DNA of 64,000 bases, taken from NCBI GenBank assembly GCA_951406725.2, contig OX597823.1, positions 101,370,001 to 101,434,000 on the forward strand. Reading direction: 5' to 3'. The position numbers and the translations under genes are program-made. This document shows positions 13,157 to 26,139 of this stretch, piece after piece. This DNA comes from Octopus vulgaris. Taxonomy: Eukaryota. A model generated the notes under the pieces. That model made no database searches and had not been told where the DNA came from. It was given only the letters and a program-made list of their open reading frames with translations. The first letter of the stretch is position 1, and each line of letters starts with the position of its first letter.

Positions 13157-16100
13157 CTTTTTTTTTCTTCTTTCAAATTTGCTTCCATTTCTTGCCGAGT
13201 GTCTTCCCGACTCCTAGGGCAAAGAAACTCATAGTATACATTGGTAGGCCATTAAACCAAACTCAATAGTTCGTTCATTTTTATTTTTTAATTTTTTTAA
13301 AAGTTAAATTAAAATACATGAGCAGCAACAGTTCTCACATCGACAATGCTCTTCTCAATACGTGTGATGTACCAGTTAAGACAATCTTTTGCACTTCTTG
13401 CAGGGATGGTAAGCCAGGGATCATTCTCATATAATTTTCGGTTCCCTTCTTGATCATTCCTAGTGCTCCTACGATCACTGGTATTGTAACCGCCTTGAGA
13501 TGCCACATTTTCTCAATTTCAATGAGTAGGTCTTTATATTTTCTGAGCTTGTCAAACTCTTTCGCTGAGATATTATGATCACAGGGGATGCTCATGTCGA
13601 TCAATAAGCAAACTTTATTGTTTTGGTCTTTCACAACAATATCTGGTTTATTGGCCTTGATGGTTCGGTCTGTATGTACTGGAAAGTCCCACAGAATGGT
13701 TACATTTTCTCCTTCAGTTACAGCCTCAGGGTGGTGATTATACCACTTGTCGGCAGTTTTGATATTGTAATGCCGACTTATTAGCCAGTGTAGATATTGA
13801 CCAACTCTGTCATGTCTTAATTTATACTCCACTGGTACTAAGACTTTACATCCAGAGATTAGGTGGTCCACTGTTTCAATCATGTCGTTGCAGAGTCGGC
13901 ATTTTGGGTCTGCTCCATTTTTCATCACATTGGCCTGGTAGTTCCGGGTTAATAGGCTTTGATCTTGAGCAGCCAGGATGAAATCTTCGCTCTCTGCTTT
14001 TAGCCCTGAGCTCCGTAGCCACTGATGGGTTTGCTTCTAGTCAACATCAGCTTGTTTGCTGCGGGTCACATATTTGCCGTGCAGAGGTTTCTCCTCCCAC
14101 CTATCAGCCAATTGCTCGTGCGCTTTTTTCGTTGCCATCATTTTCACCTTCTTTGCAACAATAGTTGCCGTACTTCCCTCGGGTTGTTCAGTTTGGGTAT
14201 CCTGCACGAGATCAATAGCAAATTTTTTGCTTTCCTTTATAATAGAATGAAGCTTCTTTCGTCTCTCGTGATTTTCCACGAGCTTTAGCATCCAGTCATT
14301 CGATATTTCGAAATATTTGGCCAGTCCAATTGTGGTTGTTTTGTAAGCTAGTTCAAATTGGATCAGGCCTCGACCTCCTTGGGCTCTGGGAAGGTAAAGG
14401 CGATCTACGTCTGCCTTTGGGTGGTGCATCCTATTACAACTCAGCAGCTTGCGTATTTTCCTATCTATATTCTTTACTTCACTCATATTCCAGTTCAACA
14501 CATTGTAGCTATAAGTAACAACTGGAACTGCTAAGGAATTTATAGCTAACACCTTGTTACGTGCATTTAGTTCAGATTTCAGGACTGCACAAACTCTCCT
14601 ATAACATTCCTTCCTGATCTTCTCTTTCATGCTTGCATGCTGAATACCAGAGCCTTCATTTATCCCTAAATATTTGTATGTTTGTTCTTGCTCAAGCTCT
14701 CTTATGACTGTGTCAACATCTAACAAGACTGAATTTGTGGTCTTCACTTTCCCTTTCTGGAAAGTGGCCTTGGCACACTTCTCAAGTCCAAACTCCATCC
14801 CGATGTCATCGCTGAATGCTTTCACGGTGCGCAATAGGCCTTCAAGTTCATTATTGTCTTTACCATAAAGTTTTAAGTCATCCATATAAAATAGATGGCT
14901 TATTTTTTTATTGGCAATTTTATACCCATACCCTGTTCTGTTTAATTCACTTGTAAGGGGTATTAGGGCTATGCAGAATATTAAAGGTGAAAGTGAGTCA
15001 CCTTGAAAAATTCCACAGTTGATGTTTATATTTTCTGAGGCAAGTACTCCATTAGAGTGGTATAATTGGAGATTCGTATTCCACAACATATTGTGCTTCA
15101 GGAAGTTTGAAATCACAGGGGAAATTTTGAAGATGTCCAGCGATCTCAAGATCCATGGATGCGGTATACTGTCGAAGGCCTTTTTATAGTCAATCCATGC
15201 TGTGCTGAGATTTCTGCGCTTGTTGTGACAGTTCTCAAGGATCATACGATTGATTAGCAGTTGATCTTTGCATTCGTAAGAGCCTCGGCGGCACCCTTTT
15301 TGTTCAATGGGGAAAATATCGTTCTTCTCCATGAATGCATATGTTTTCTCCGCCAGGATAGATGTTAGGATTTTATACGTGGTGGATAGACAGGTTATAG
15401 GCCGATAGTTTTTTGGAAGGTTGGTTTCGTTATTCTTTGGGAGTAGGTAAGTAATGCCACTTGCTAACCATTTAGGTGTTTTCTTTGGGTCTCTCATAAT
15501 TCCATTGAGCAGCTGAACTAGCTTACCGTGTGCGCATGGGAGCGATGCGAGCCTGAAATTCGGCACCCTATCTTTACCGGGGGATTTCCAATTATGGGCC
15601 TTCGTGAGTGCCTTTCTTAGGTCTGCTATTGTGATGTCTTCCCATGCTTGTTGTTGTAAATTTTGGTAGGATCCTTCAGTTTGTATAATCCAGTCTGCAT
15701 TTATGTTGTACGTCTTCTTGTCACTCCAAATCCTTTTCCAAAAGTTTTGAACTTCTTCCATGGGAGGGGGGGTCTTTAACGCTTACTTTCTCCTTCCTTA
15801 TTTCTCTGTAGAATTTTTGGGCATTGGATGTGAACAGCTTATTTTGCTTGTAAAACTTGTTTCTCTTCTCAAATCTTCGTATTCTTTGGGCTTTTGCTTG
15901 GACTTTTTGTTTCAGCGTTTCTTTTATTGATATCAGTTCTTCTCTTGGTGAGGATCCAAATTTTCTCTTCATCTTTCTTCCTGTTCTGGATCTTACATCA
16001 TTTCCCACATATTAGTTCATTTAATATTGCTATTTCCCCTCTCATAAATTCAATCTCTTTTTCAATTTTACTTCTCCAGGTTTGATTTCTTCCCAGGTTT

Positions 16101-17132
16101 TGTTTCCTTTGTTTTTTCGGGGGCATACAGCTGGTTTCAATTGTCCTAGCAGAAGCGTAAATAATTTCATTTAACTCAGTAAAATCAGGTTTTAATTCTC
16201 ATATTATTTCATTTGTTACATAGTTGCCAATTTGGATTTGTTTTTTATTTTGGTTTGTATTTGAGAGTTTATGAAGTGGTTCTCTATCAGTTATACTTGT
16301 ATGTCTTACAACTTCAAGCGTATTCAGGATTTTCTGCCTCATTTCTGCCATAGACTCTCTGTGTTCTTCAGCAAATGCGAGATCTTCAGTTACTGTTGTT
16401 TTTTCGTTTTCCTGGCTATCTTTAACAGGTACAATAGAATTTCTTGTATCTTCAGGCCTTTGCGTACTTTGGTCAGGTGGCAGTCTTTCAATTAAGCCTC
16501 GTGGCGGGCTATACTGTTCATCTGATTCTTCATTTCCTTTGTGTCTTATATTTATGTCATTTTCCGTTGCGTGCTTGATCGCGCTTATTTCACTGTCTGT
16601 GAGTCTGTTATTTCTAAGGATATCCCTCCTCACATTTGCTAATTTGTTCTCGTCCAAATAGGGCCTACTGTCTTGATTCCGTGTTCTCCATATACTGTAA
16701 GAGTTTGCGGTGTGTCTCTCTTGAGATGGCCTACCTAATGCATAGTAATAAGCGTATATTACTTCTTTATACTGTTCTCGGGTCCATTTGTTCCGCTTAC
16801 ATTTTTCTTTCTGTGGTGGTTGTGGTGGTGAACTTGGAGGGCTCGAGTTGGGGGATTTCCCGTTCAAGTGACCATCCATGTCCGTATTCGGAGAAGAGTT
16901 TGTGCCAGTTGATGACTTTTCGATCCCAGGCTGGCTCTTCCCTGGGGGACGCGCTTCCAGATTAACCATAGGACAAGCGATTTGGTATACTGATTTAGTT
17001 TTCCTTTTAGTTTCCAAAAACATTTTGGTGCTACGATAATGTTATCATTTTTTAGCTTTGATTGGCTCGTGGGGAGACGGCCATCATTGCCGTTACAATT
17101 ATAATCGTACCATTATAGCAGCCGTAGTCGGC
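13157..17132 (-). mobile_element. Near full-length R4/Dong-like non-LTR retrotransposon (RT plus CCHC plus PD-D/E RLE)
   Basis: RT motifs YRPITCL, IDYKKAFD, GIFQGDSLSP, YMDD. Also CRLC..H..SGC, NKPDIVV..ID and KLRKY. (TTA)n on both flanks. The ORF is broken by frameshifts and a stop. Confidence 0.88.
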
Positions 17133-17378
17133 TTATTATTGTTATTATCATCACCATTATTATCACTATCATCATTATCACCACCATCACCATCATCATC
17201 ACCATCACCATCATCATCATCAATGATATTGTTTTATGTGTAGTCACAGCAGTATCTTATTATTGTTAATTTTTATCATCATCACCATCACAGTAGTGTC
17301 TGTCTGTCTTGTTGGCTGGCTTGGTGGTTGGCTGGCTGACTGTCTTCAACGCCAGAGTTCTTGCCTGTCAAATAATAC

Positions 17379-18554
17379 TGTTACAAGGGGACCTCCGAAA
17401 ACTGTACGGAATCCCTCAGACAGGCCCGACTCGATCAGCGAATATTCCCGCCAGGGAAACTCGTCGGAGAGGAGAGGAGAGATACAACAACAACAACAAC
17501 CGCAGCAGCACAGAGAGATACAGAGGCACAGAGGCACAACCCGAGAGAGACACCAAAAGAGGCAAGGCAAAACGGCAACACTGGCTTACATTCAACAACT
17601 AGTTTATATGACAATCAATGGTTACAACATCAAAGCATTTAAGGCAAACAACAAATCAATACATCATACGGGTATACCACAGATCAAAGCATTTAACATG
17701 CATGTAACAATATAACAGTGTTCAGTAACGACACAACAAGTCCAGATCAAATAATGTTCACGATACGTCACAGTCCAATCACTTCGATACATTATACAAT
17801 GTTCGTATCACAACAATTCACGTTACAATTCAACAAGTCCTTTACTGTTCTTTAAAGTCTTTTTCTACACATCACTGTTCAATACACCAATTCTTTTCAC
17901 TGTCTCTTTACATCGTGACACGTATCAATACACAATCACATACCTTAATTCCTAACTGAATCGCCAGCGTCCCATATTGCACTCATCTCTCTCTCAATCT
18001 GTTAACTCCAGCTTGCCAAACTCCTGCATCCCAACTTGCTCCTAAGATTCCACCGCTTGCTCCTAAGATTCCACCGCTTGCTCCTAAGATTCCACCTACT
18101 CGCTCTGCCGACTTCCAGAATCCGACTGTGTCCTTCGACGACCGACCACCGACTGCCCAAAACCTCACTTGCTCTCTCCCTCTGTCTTTACGGCCTATAC
18201 CCTCTCTAATCTGCACTCAGCCCTAACTGCCTATCTCTACCGCATCAATCTGTCCCTTCGCCTTATACTCTATCTCTCTCACTACTTTTCTTCTCTCTGC
18301 CCCTCATCCTCTCTTACTGCCAATACCCTCTCCATCTGCTCTTAGATTCCTTACTCTATCTTTTTCTTACTACTGCTAGATTCTTCCTCACATATTCAAG
18401 GGGTGTCTAGAACGACCCCTAATTCGCCCGCACAGGGTCACAAGGTCCCATTAATCTCCCAGTAAACAAAGGACTGTCACTTTTCTTCCAGACGTGCCGG
18501 CGCCACACCCAAAGTGGGTCACCAAGAAATACTGCACTAGCTAAACTCATAACA
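17379..18554. mobile_element. Solo LTR (Gypsy-like)
   Basis: Termini TGTTA...TAACA with a 4-bp target site duplication ATAC (17375-17378 and 18555-18558). Internal 21-bp tandem repeat at ~18035-18098. Confidence 0.75.
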
Positions 18555-18813
18555 ATACTTTCATATTTGGTTAACAATAGAGCCGAGGTGAGGTTTTGTG
18601 TTGGTTGAACTCTTTGAGTGTGTGTGTGTAGATAGATAGATAGATTATCAGCACTATTACTATCATTATTATCATCATCACCATCATCACCATCACCATC
18701 AGTGATATATATTTTTTTTTTTATATTTTTAATTTTTTTTTTTTTTTAGGTGGGGTCCTATCGGTCAAAAAAAGTTCAGATGTTTACTACTATTAGGCTT
18801 AAGAAAAATTAAG

Positions 18814-19712
18814 GAAGGGCTGTTCTGTATTGTTTGTGAATAGAGAAGTTGTGTTCGACCAGAGAGAATCTTAGCATCATCATTTTTTTTTTCCATGTGC
18901 GTTTGTGTTATTGCAATAAAAAGTGTTTGTATATTTCGTGTAAGGTAATATTGTGGAGGTTGAAGTTGACTTTTCTAGAGATGTTTGTATGTCCAGTTAG
19001 AAGAACAGGTGTGTTTTTACAATAAAAAGTATATGTTTACATTTATATTTGAATATTCAGGGAGGAAGCAAAGAAAAGTCAGATTTTCATAGAAAGTTTT
19101 AGGGTTTTGTAAGTCCACAAAAAGAAAAGCGTGATGTTTTTAGAGAGAAAAAAAAAAGGATGTTTACAGAGGCAATTGTGGGTATCAAAGTTTTTAAAGC
19201 TGGTCGAATGTATGATTGAAAACTGTAGATATGTAAATTTGTAAATTTTCTTAACTTATTTTGAAGGGCTGTTCTGTATTATTTGTGAATAGAGAAGCTG
19301 TGTTCGACCAGAGAGAATCTTAGCATCATTATTTTTTCCATGTGCGTTTGTGTTATTGCAATAAAAAGTGTTTGTATATTTCGTGCAAGGTAATATTGTG
19401 GAGGTTGAAGTTGACCCCTCTAGAGATGTTTGTATGTCCAGTTAGAAGAACAGGTGTGTTTTTGCAATAAAAAGTATATGTTTACATTTATATTTGAATA
19501 TTCAGGGAGGAAGCAAAGAAAAGTCAGATTTTCATAGAGAGTTTTAGGGTTTTGAAAGTCCACAAAAAGAAAAGCGTGATGTTTTTAGAGAGAAGAAAAA
19601 AAAAGGGTGCTTACAGAGGCAGTTGTGGGTATTAAAGTTTTTAAAGCCGATCGGATGTATGTTTGAAAGCTGCAGATATGTAAATTTGTAAATTTCTTAA
19701 CCCACTTTGAAG
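18814..19712. repeat. Two-copy ~449-bp tandem duplication
   Basis: GAAGGGCTGTTCTGTAT starts at 18814 and 19263, and the two copies are highly similar throughout. Confidence 0.9.
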
Positions 19713-19874
19713 AGAATTTCAAATACTCACGAGGTATTGTAGATGTTCCAGTCTTTGAGAGTTATTTTTCCCCGTTGCTAAACTGGCCCATATTAGTGTT
19801 TCTATGGCTTTCGGCCACCGAACTGTCAGAGCAGTGAGGAACACGTCCAGCCGCTGTCAAGGCTGGCTCTCCTC

Positions 19875-19915
<41 letters not shown>

Positions 19916-19949
19916 GTTGTTGTTGTTGTTGTTGTTGTTGTTATATTTT

Positions 19950-20570
19950 AAAAGGATTGACGTAAATCTTCACATAGGTAAACAGTCAAGACGAAGAGCG
20001 CGATGCGATTGCAATAGATATTTTATTGGTTGAACGATATTTCAACAGGATGCCTGTCTTTGTCGAGTTCAACAGACAAAGTGATAAAAATTCAAAATTA
20101 TAGAAATTCAAATCTAAAGAGAGCAACGAGCGTCCACACGTTGTTGGAATGACATCATCAGTCTTTAAGTTTCAGTTTAATAACTGGCGAAAAGAGACAG
20201 AAAAAAAACGAAAAAGAAAAAGGAAAGGATAAAGAAGACGAAGAATATTCAATCAAACAATTTTGTATAAATTTGATGATATTCTCCTGTCATTTTATTC
20301 ATTCCTCCAAAGCGTGATGTTAATAACATGCAAACATATTTCTCCTCATGCATTTTGAGTATTGAAAGGGAAGCAGATCCAGAATATTTTCTGAGAATAT
20401 GCACTTTCAAGTCTTTTTTCAAAATTGCAGCAGTTTGAAACAAAATGTTCGGCAAGTTCTATAGAACTACTGTTATTGTGCCTGGCGTCATATCTGTGCC
20501 CATTAAATCTTTTGTTTAGTTGTTCTCCCCCACTTTTCTTACTCCTTTTTTTTCTAATCACGTGAAAGCG
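19950..20570 (-). mobile_element. Second PLE remnant (GIY-YIG C-terminus and pLTR)
   Basis: Minus-strand peptides QLNKRFNGHRYD..LAEHF and HEEKY..L..GGMN are typical of PLE endonuclease ends. A hammerhead-like fold lies downstream at 20029-20073. Confidence 0.65.
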
Positions 20571-21018
20571 TCATCGACGGGAGAAGTAACGCAATGACAA
20601 GCAAAATTATAAGATAATATTGGAAAGGGTTAAAATAAATGCTTGTTGTGAAAAGCGAAAGAATTTGTTTGACAATCCCATACATACCTTTGTGTCATTC
20701 CAAATACACTTATGACGCTATATTAACATTTGTTCTATTTTGTAGAATACTATCCTTTTACTACCAGGTAGTATATATTACACTACTACAACGTAAAACA
20801 AAAAGAAGTTGAATGTAACAGTATATGTATGTTTTAGATGGTACGAGATATTTCTTGTACGAGATAATTCTCCCAGTTTCAGCATAAAATACAATCCCAG
20901 ATCAAATTACCTTCCCAACGAGTACAGTTGCGATATATTTGGATGATTGAAAACGTAAAATTTACTGAGAATAATTAATCTCATACTGAAGTATATTTCG
21001 TTATCATCGGTAGGTCTG

Positions 21019-21590
21019 CAACACTAGGCACAGGCTTTCATGGCTGCTGATCTTAACTGATTGGAAGTGTTATCATCTACATTGTTTTGTTTTTGTATAA
21101 AAGATGGACTACGGCAAATACTCTGCTCAATACAACAGATTTGCTTGTCAGTTGTTTGACCTTAACCAGTGAGTTTGTTCCTTAGTGGCTGACAATATGT
21201 GCATCTCTGACCACAAGCAGAAGTAGTGGGGGAGTATCATAGCATGTGTTGTGACGAATTCTTTGGGGTTTTAAAAATTCACCTCTGGAAACATGGGTGT
21301 TTCGTTCAACACTCTTAAATAACCCTTATTCAGGAACCTTTCGAACTGCATGGGCTACTCGACCTGAAGAAAATTCTAACTGGGCCTCCACCTGCAAGGT
21401 CATGCGCTGTTCATCTTGATATGAGATCATCATGTCACGTACATATGGTAGTGATGCATGTGCCTGGTGTACCCTTATCAGACGGCTATTCATGATGGGT
21501 ATGCTGGGCTTCGTACATTTTACCCCAGTGTCACTTTGCTGACATGCACTGCTCTCTCACTCAATAATGATGATGATGATGACGATAAGA
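21019..21590 (+). mobile_element. Probable 3' UTR of an RLE LINE ending in AAT/GAT repeats
   Basis: Starts with ACTAGGCAC, similar to the LG(T/I)AH coding end of the RLE remnants in this window, and ends TCACTCAATAATGATGAT. Confidence 0.45.
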
Positions 21591-21780
21591 TCAGCTACTC
21601 CTCAATAAGATGAACTTAAAAGATTGTCACAAACGACACAAAAACTTGTCAATAGCCTGGATAGACTATAAAAAAGCTTTTGATAGTCCACCACATAGCT
21701 GGATTAAGAAATGCCTGGAAATGTATAAAATAGCTCCTACTCTGCGAAACATTTTGTCTGTAAGCATGAGATCTCGAAGA
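21590..21780 (+). pseudogene. R4/Dong-like RT fragment
   Basis: DQLLLNK..NLSIAWIDYKKAFDS.PHSWI, homologous to the 14037-15761 ORF. Confidence 0.8.
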
Positions 21781-22106
21781 ACCGACATGGCTTCGGTGCT
21801 TAAAAAAGTTGTTGATTTTAGATACAAATTCAAAAGTATCCCGAATAAAAGAACTTGATCTTTTTGCAACAGGGAATGGAAAGCCACCCAGCTATTCTGA
21901 AATCTTGGCTGTACAACATTCATATCTGCTGTAAGTTGGATGCATTGGAGGAAATCTTTCGAAGTTCTTGTGTACTTTAAGGGGACCCTAAAATACAGGT
22001 GTTCTTTCTGACCACAAACATTCTGGGTTCGGCCTTATTAATGAAATTGTTTTCCTCAATTTCCAGAATCATCTTGTCAAGTTCTTCTCTGTAATCGGAG
22101 TTTGGA

Positions 22107-22460
22107 TTGACAGGTAATACAACCAACAATTTTTTCACACACGGAATTTCTACATACAGTCCACACCGCACATTGTTCATTCATCACACCAGGAGCAATC
22201 ATTGTGTTTTGTTGACTAATGTTTTCGGAGATGTTTATATTTATGACAGTTTGAACTTACCAATACCGCTAGGACTATCAGCACAAATAACAATGTTGTA
22301 CTCACCAGAAGAAAGCATAATTCCTAAAGTTCAATATGTTCATATTATTAATCCCCAAGTTGGCTCCTATGATTGTGGCCTCTTTGCCTTGGCCTATGCA
22401 TTTGAACTGGTCATTGGAAACGATCCAGAGTTTTTATTTGATCAATCAAAAAAAGAAGGT
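22107..22460 (+). pseudogene. Ulp1/C48-like cysteine protease fragment, probably transposon-derived
   Basis: NHCVLL..IYDSL..PQVGSYDCGLFALAYA gives the H-D-Q-C catalytic order. Confidence 0.6.
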
Positions 22461-22573
22461 AAGAGATGCGTCCATGACGTGAGGTAGCGGGAACGTAATA
22501 GTAACGCTTTCACGTGATTAGTTGAAGGGAAAGAGATGTTTGTGTACGTATGTTTGAATGCATGTGTGTGTGC

Positions 22574-22653
<80 letters not shown>

Positions 22654-23040
22654 CTGTATGTATATGTACATGTACGCGTATATGTTTGTGTAAGTATGGG
22701 TATTTGCATGTATATGTATTTATTATTTGTGTATGCATGTATGTCTATGTGTATATATATATATATATGGGTATATATATGTATATGTATATATGTGTAT
22801 ATGTATATGTATGTGTGTATATGTATGGACTTGTAGGTTTTTTTATATATATGCATATATATGTGTGCGTGTATATGCGTAGATATGCGTATGTGTATTA
22901 GTATGTGCATGTGCTTATATATATGTACGTATGTGTATAGGTGTATATGGATGTATGTGTATGTAGGTATGTATATGATGGGCGTAAGTATATATGTGTA
23001 TGTATATGTAGGTATATACGTATGTGTATATGTATATATA

Positions 23041-23075
<35 letters not shown>

Positions 23076-23079
<4 letters not shown>

Positions 23080-25173
23080 CATAAGGGACTAAAGCCATCT
23101 GAATATGGCTAGGGACAGGGCAGGGTGGTGGGGGTGTTACTGTTGCATTTAGCCCCAGGCGAACATCGACGTCACCAGAAAGGCTCGACACCGTCACGGT
23201 GCCCTTAACCTGCAAAGGAGGTAATTCCCCGATGAAGCGGAAACCACACACGGACCATGGTTTCAAGGTGTATTGCCTATCGTCGGCGTGTGGTAGGCTT
23301 CCGCTTCCTCGACGAATTCTCACTCTGCAGGATATTCATATATAGATTTTCAAGCAAAATACATTTGCTGATTTCGAAAATCTGTTCGAAAGCAATAATA
23401 ATTCTCTAAAAGAGATATAGACAGTAACTGCTCGATAACATAAGGGACTAAAGCCATCTGAATATGGCTAGGGACAGGGCAGGGTGGTGGGGGTGTTACT
23501 GTTGCATTTAGCCCCAGGCGAACATCGACGTCACCAGAAAGGCTCGACACCGTCACGGTGCCCTTAACCTGCAAAGGGAGGTAATTCCCCGATGAAGCGG
23601 AAACCACCACACGGACCATGGTTTCAAGGTGTATTGCCTATCGTCGGCGTGTGGTAGGCTTCCGCTTCCTCGACGAATTCTCACTCTGCAGGATATTCAT
23701 ATATAGATTTTCAAGCAAAATACATTTGCTGATTTCGAACAGATTTTCGAAATCAGCAAATGTATTTTGCTTGAAAATCTATATATGAATATCCTGCAGA
23801 GTGAGAATTCGTCGAGGAAGCGGAAGCCTACCACACGCCGACGATAGGCAATACACCTTGAAACCATGGTCCGTGTGTGGTTTCCGCTTCATCGGGGAAT
23901 TACCTCCCTTTGCAGGTTAAGGGCACCGTGACGGTGTCGAGCCTTTCTGGTGACGTCGATGTTCGCCTGGGGCTAAATGCAACAGTAACACCCCCACCAC
24001 CCTGCCCTGTCCCTAGCCATATTCAGATGGCTTTAGTCCCTTATGTTATCGAGCAGTTACTGTCTATATCTCTTTTAGAGAATTATTATTGCTTTCGAAC
24101 AGATTTTCGAAATCAGCAAATGTATTTTGCTTGAAAATCTATATATGAATATCCTGCAGAGTGAGAATTCGTCGAGGAAGCGGAAGCCTACCACACGCCG
24201 ACGATAGGCAATACACCTTGAAACCATGGTCCGTGTGTGGTTTCCGCTTCATCGGGGAATTACCTCCCTTTGCAGGTTAAGGGCACCGTGACGGTGTCGA
24301 GCCTTTCTGGTGACGTCGATGTTCGCCTGGGGCTAAATGCAACAGTAACACCCCCACCACCCTGCCCTGTCCCTAGCCATATTCAGATGGCTTTAGTCCC
24401 TTATGTTATCGAGCAGTTACTGTCTATATCTCTTTTAGAGAATTATTATTGCTTTCGAACAGATTTTCGAAATCAGCAAATGTATTTTGCTTGAAAATCT
24501 ATATATGAATATCCTGCAGAGTGAGAATTCGTCGAGGAAGCGGAAGCCTACCACACGCCGACGATAGGCAATACACCTTGAAACCATGGTCCGTGTGTGG
24601 TTTCCGCTTCATCGGGGAATTACCTCCCTTTGCAGGTTAAGGGCACCGTGACGGTGTCGAGCCTTTCTGGTGACGTCGATGTTCGCCTGGGGCTAAATGC
24701 AACAGTAACACCCCCACCACCCTGCCCTGTCCCTAGCCATATTCAGATGGCTTTAGTCCCTTATGTTATCGAGCAGTTACTGTCTATATCTCTTTTAGAG
24801 AATTATTATTGCTTTCGAACAGATTTTCGAAATCAGCAAATGTATTTTGCTTGAAAATCTATATATGAATATCCTGCAGAGTGAGAATTCGTCGAGGAAG
24901 CGGAAGCCTACCACACGCCGACGATAGGCAATACACCTTGAAACCATGGTCCGTGTGTGGTTTCCGCTTCATCGGGGAATTACCTCCCTTTGCAGGTTAA
25001 GGGCACCGTGACGGTGTCGAGCCTTTCTGGTGACGTCGATGTTCGCCTGGGGCTAAATGCAACAGTAACACCCCCACCACCCTGCCCTGTCCCTAGCCAT
25101 ATTCAGATGGCTTTAGTCCCTTATGTTATCGAGCAGTTACTGTCTATATCTCTTTTAGAGAATTATTATTGCT
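23076..25173. repeat. 360-bp tandem array with inversion: ~1.8 minus copies (23076-23739) and 4 plus copies (23733-25172)
   Basis: Exact 360-bp period (TTTCGAAC at 23733, 24093, 24453, 24813). Palindrome centre CAGATT at 23740-23745. (TA)n on both flanks. Confidence 0.97.
24083..24392 (+). ncRNA. Putative structured RNA within the 360-bp monomer (representative copy)
   Basis: Several helices covary with the homolog at 32259-32572. G-U pairs favour the + strand. Confidence 0.65.
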
Positions 25174-25564
25174 ATATATATATATATATATATATATGGA
25201 CTTGTAGATTTCTGTATGTGTATATATATATGAATGTGTATGTGTGTAGATATGTATCTGTATGTACGTGTACGTATGTGTATGTACTTGCATGTATGTA
25301 TATATGCGTGTAGGTATATATATGTAGGTATGCTTTTATGTACATGTGTATGCATGCATGTGTGCATATATGTGTTTATAAGCGTATGGATGCGTATATA
25401 TGCGTATGTATGGTTATATGCACATATGTCTGTATATGGGCATATGCGTTTATATATGTGGGCAGATGTTTATGTGTGTTTATGTGAAAGTGGGTACATT
25501 TATGTATGTATGAATATGTGTACTTGTGTGTGTGTATGTATGTGTATACATGTATACATATATA

Positions 25565-25623
<59 letters not shown>

Positions 25624-26106
25624 TTGTAGAGAGAGATATATACATAAGTATGAGTGGATGAGAAGGAAATGAGCGAGAGAACATGTGTGTTTGTGTATGT
25701 GTATGAGGGTGCGTGTGAGTGTGTGTGTGTGTGTGTGAGTGTTTGCGTTTGCAAGAGATAGAAAGGAAGAGGGAGAGGGGAGCGGTAAATGGATTTCATT
25801 TAGGCCTGCTTGCACCCTGGGGAGTTCTAAGAACTTTTAGGGTTCGTCAACTCCAGCGCCACTAAATGAGTGTCGGCGGGTAGGTAGGTCATATATTATA
25901 CCTTTTATGACTCTGAAGAGTCAAAATAAAAATAAAAATAAAATAAGGGAGGAAGATGAGGAGAAAAAAAATATGTATATGTATGTATATATGTGAGTGT
26001 GTGTGTGTATGTGTATGTGTATATATGTGTGTATGTGTATGTGTGTGTATATATGTATATGTATGTGTATGGGTATATATATATGTATATAATGTGTGTG
26101 TATATA

Positions 26107-26139
<33 letters not shown>

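Noticed and set aside
17024-17132. HDV-like ribozyme in the 5' UTR of the R4/Dong-like element
   Set aside because: A P3-like hairpin and GCTAA are present, but there is no convincing P1.1 GG or P2 pairing.
23877-24134. 85-aa ORF repeated in each 360-bp monomer
   Set aside because: It has a non-ATG start and no recognisable motif, and in-frame stops prevent rolling translation in this frame. The homolog at 32.3 kb conserves base pairing rather than codons.
24326-24400. Assignment of the monomer RNA to RNase MRP (GGGGCU), group I intron P7 (GCUA/UAGUCC), hatchet or HDV (GCUAA)
   Set aside because: The partner elements are missing, in the wrong order, or not conserved in the 32.3-kb homolog.
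23076-25173. CRISPR-like array
   Set aside because: The monomers are contiguous and near-identical with no spacers, in a eukaryotic context.
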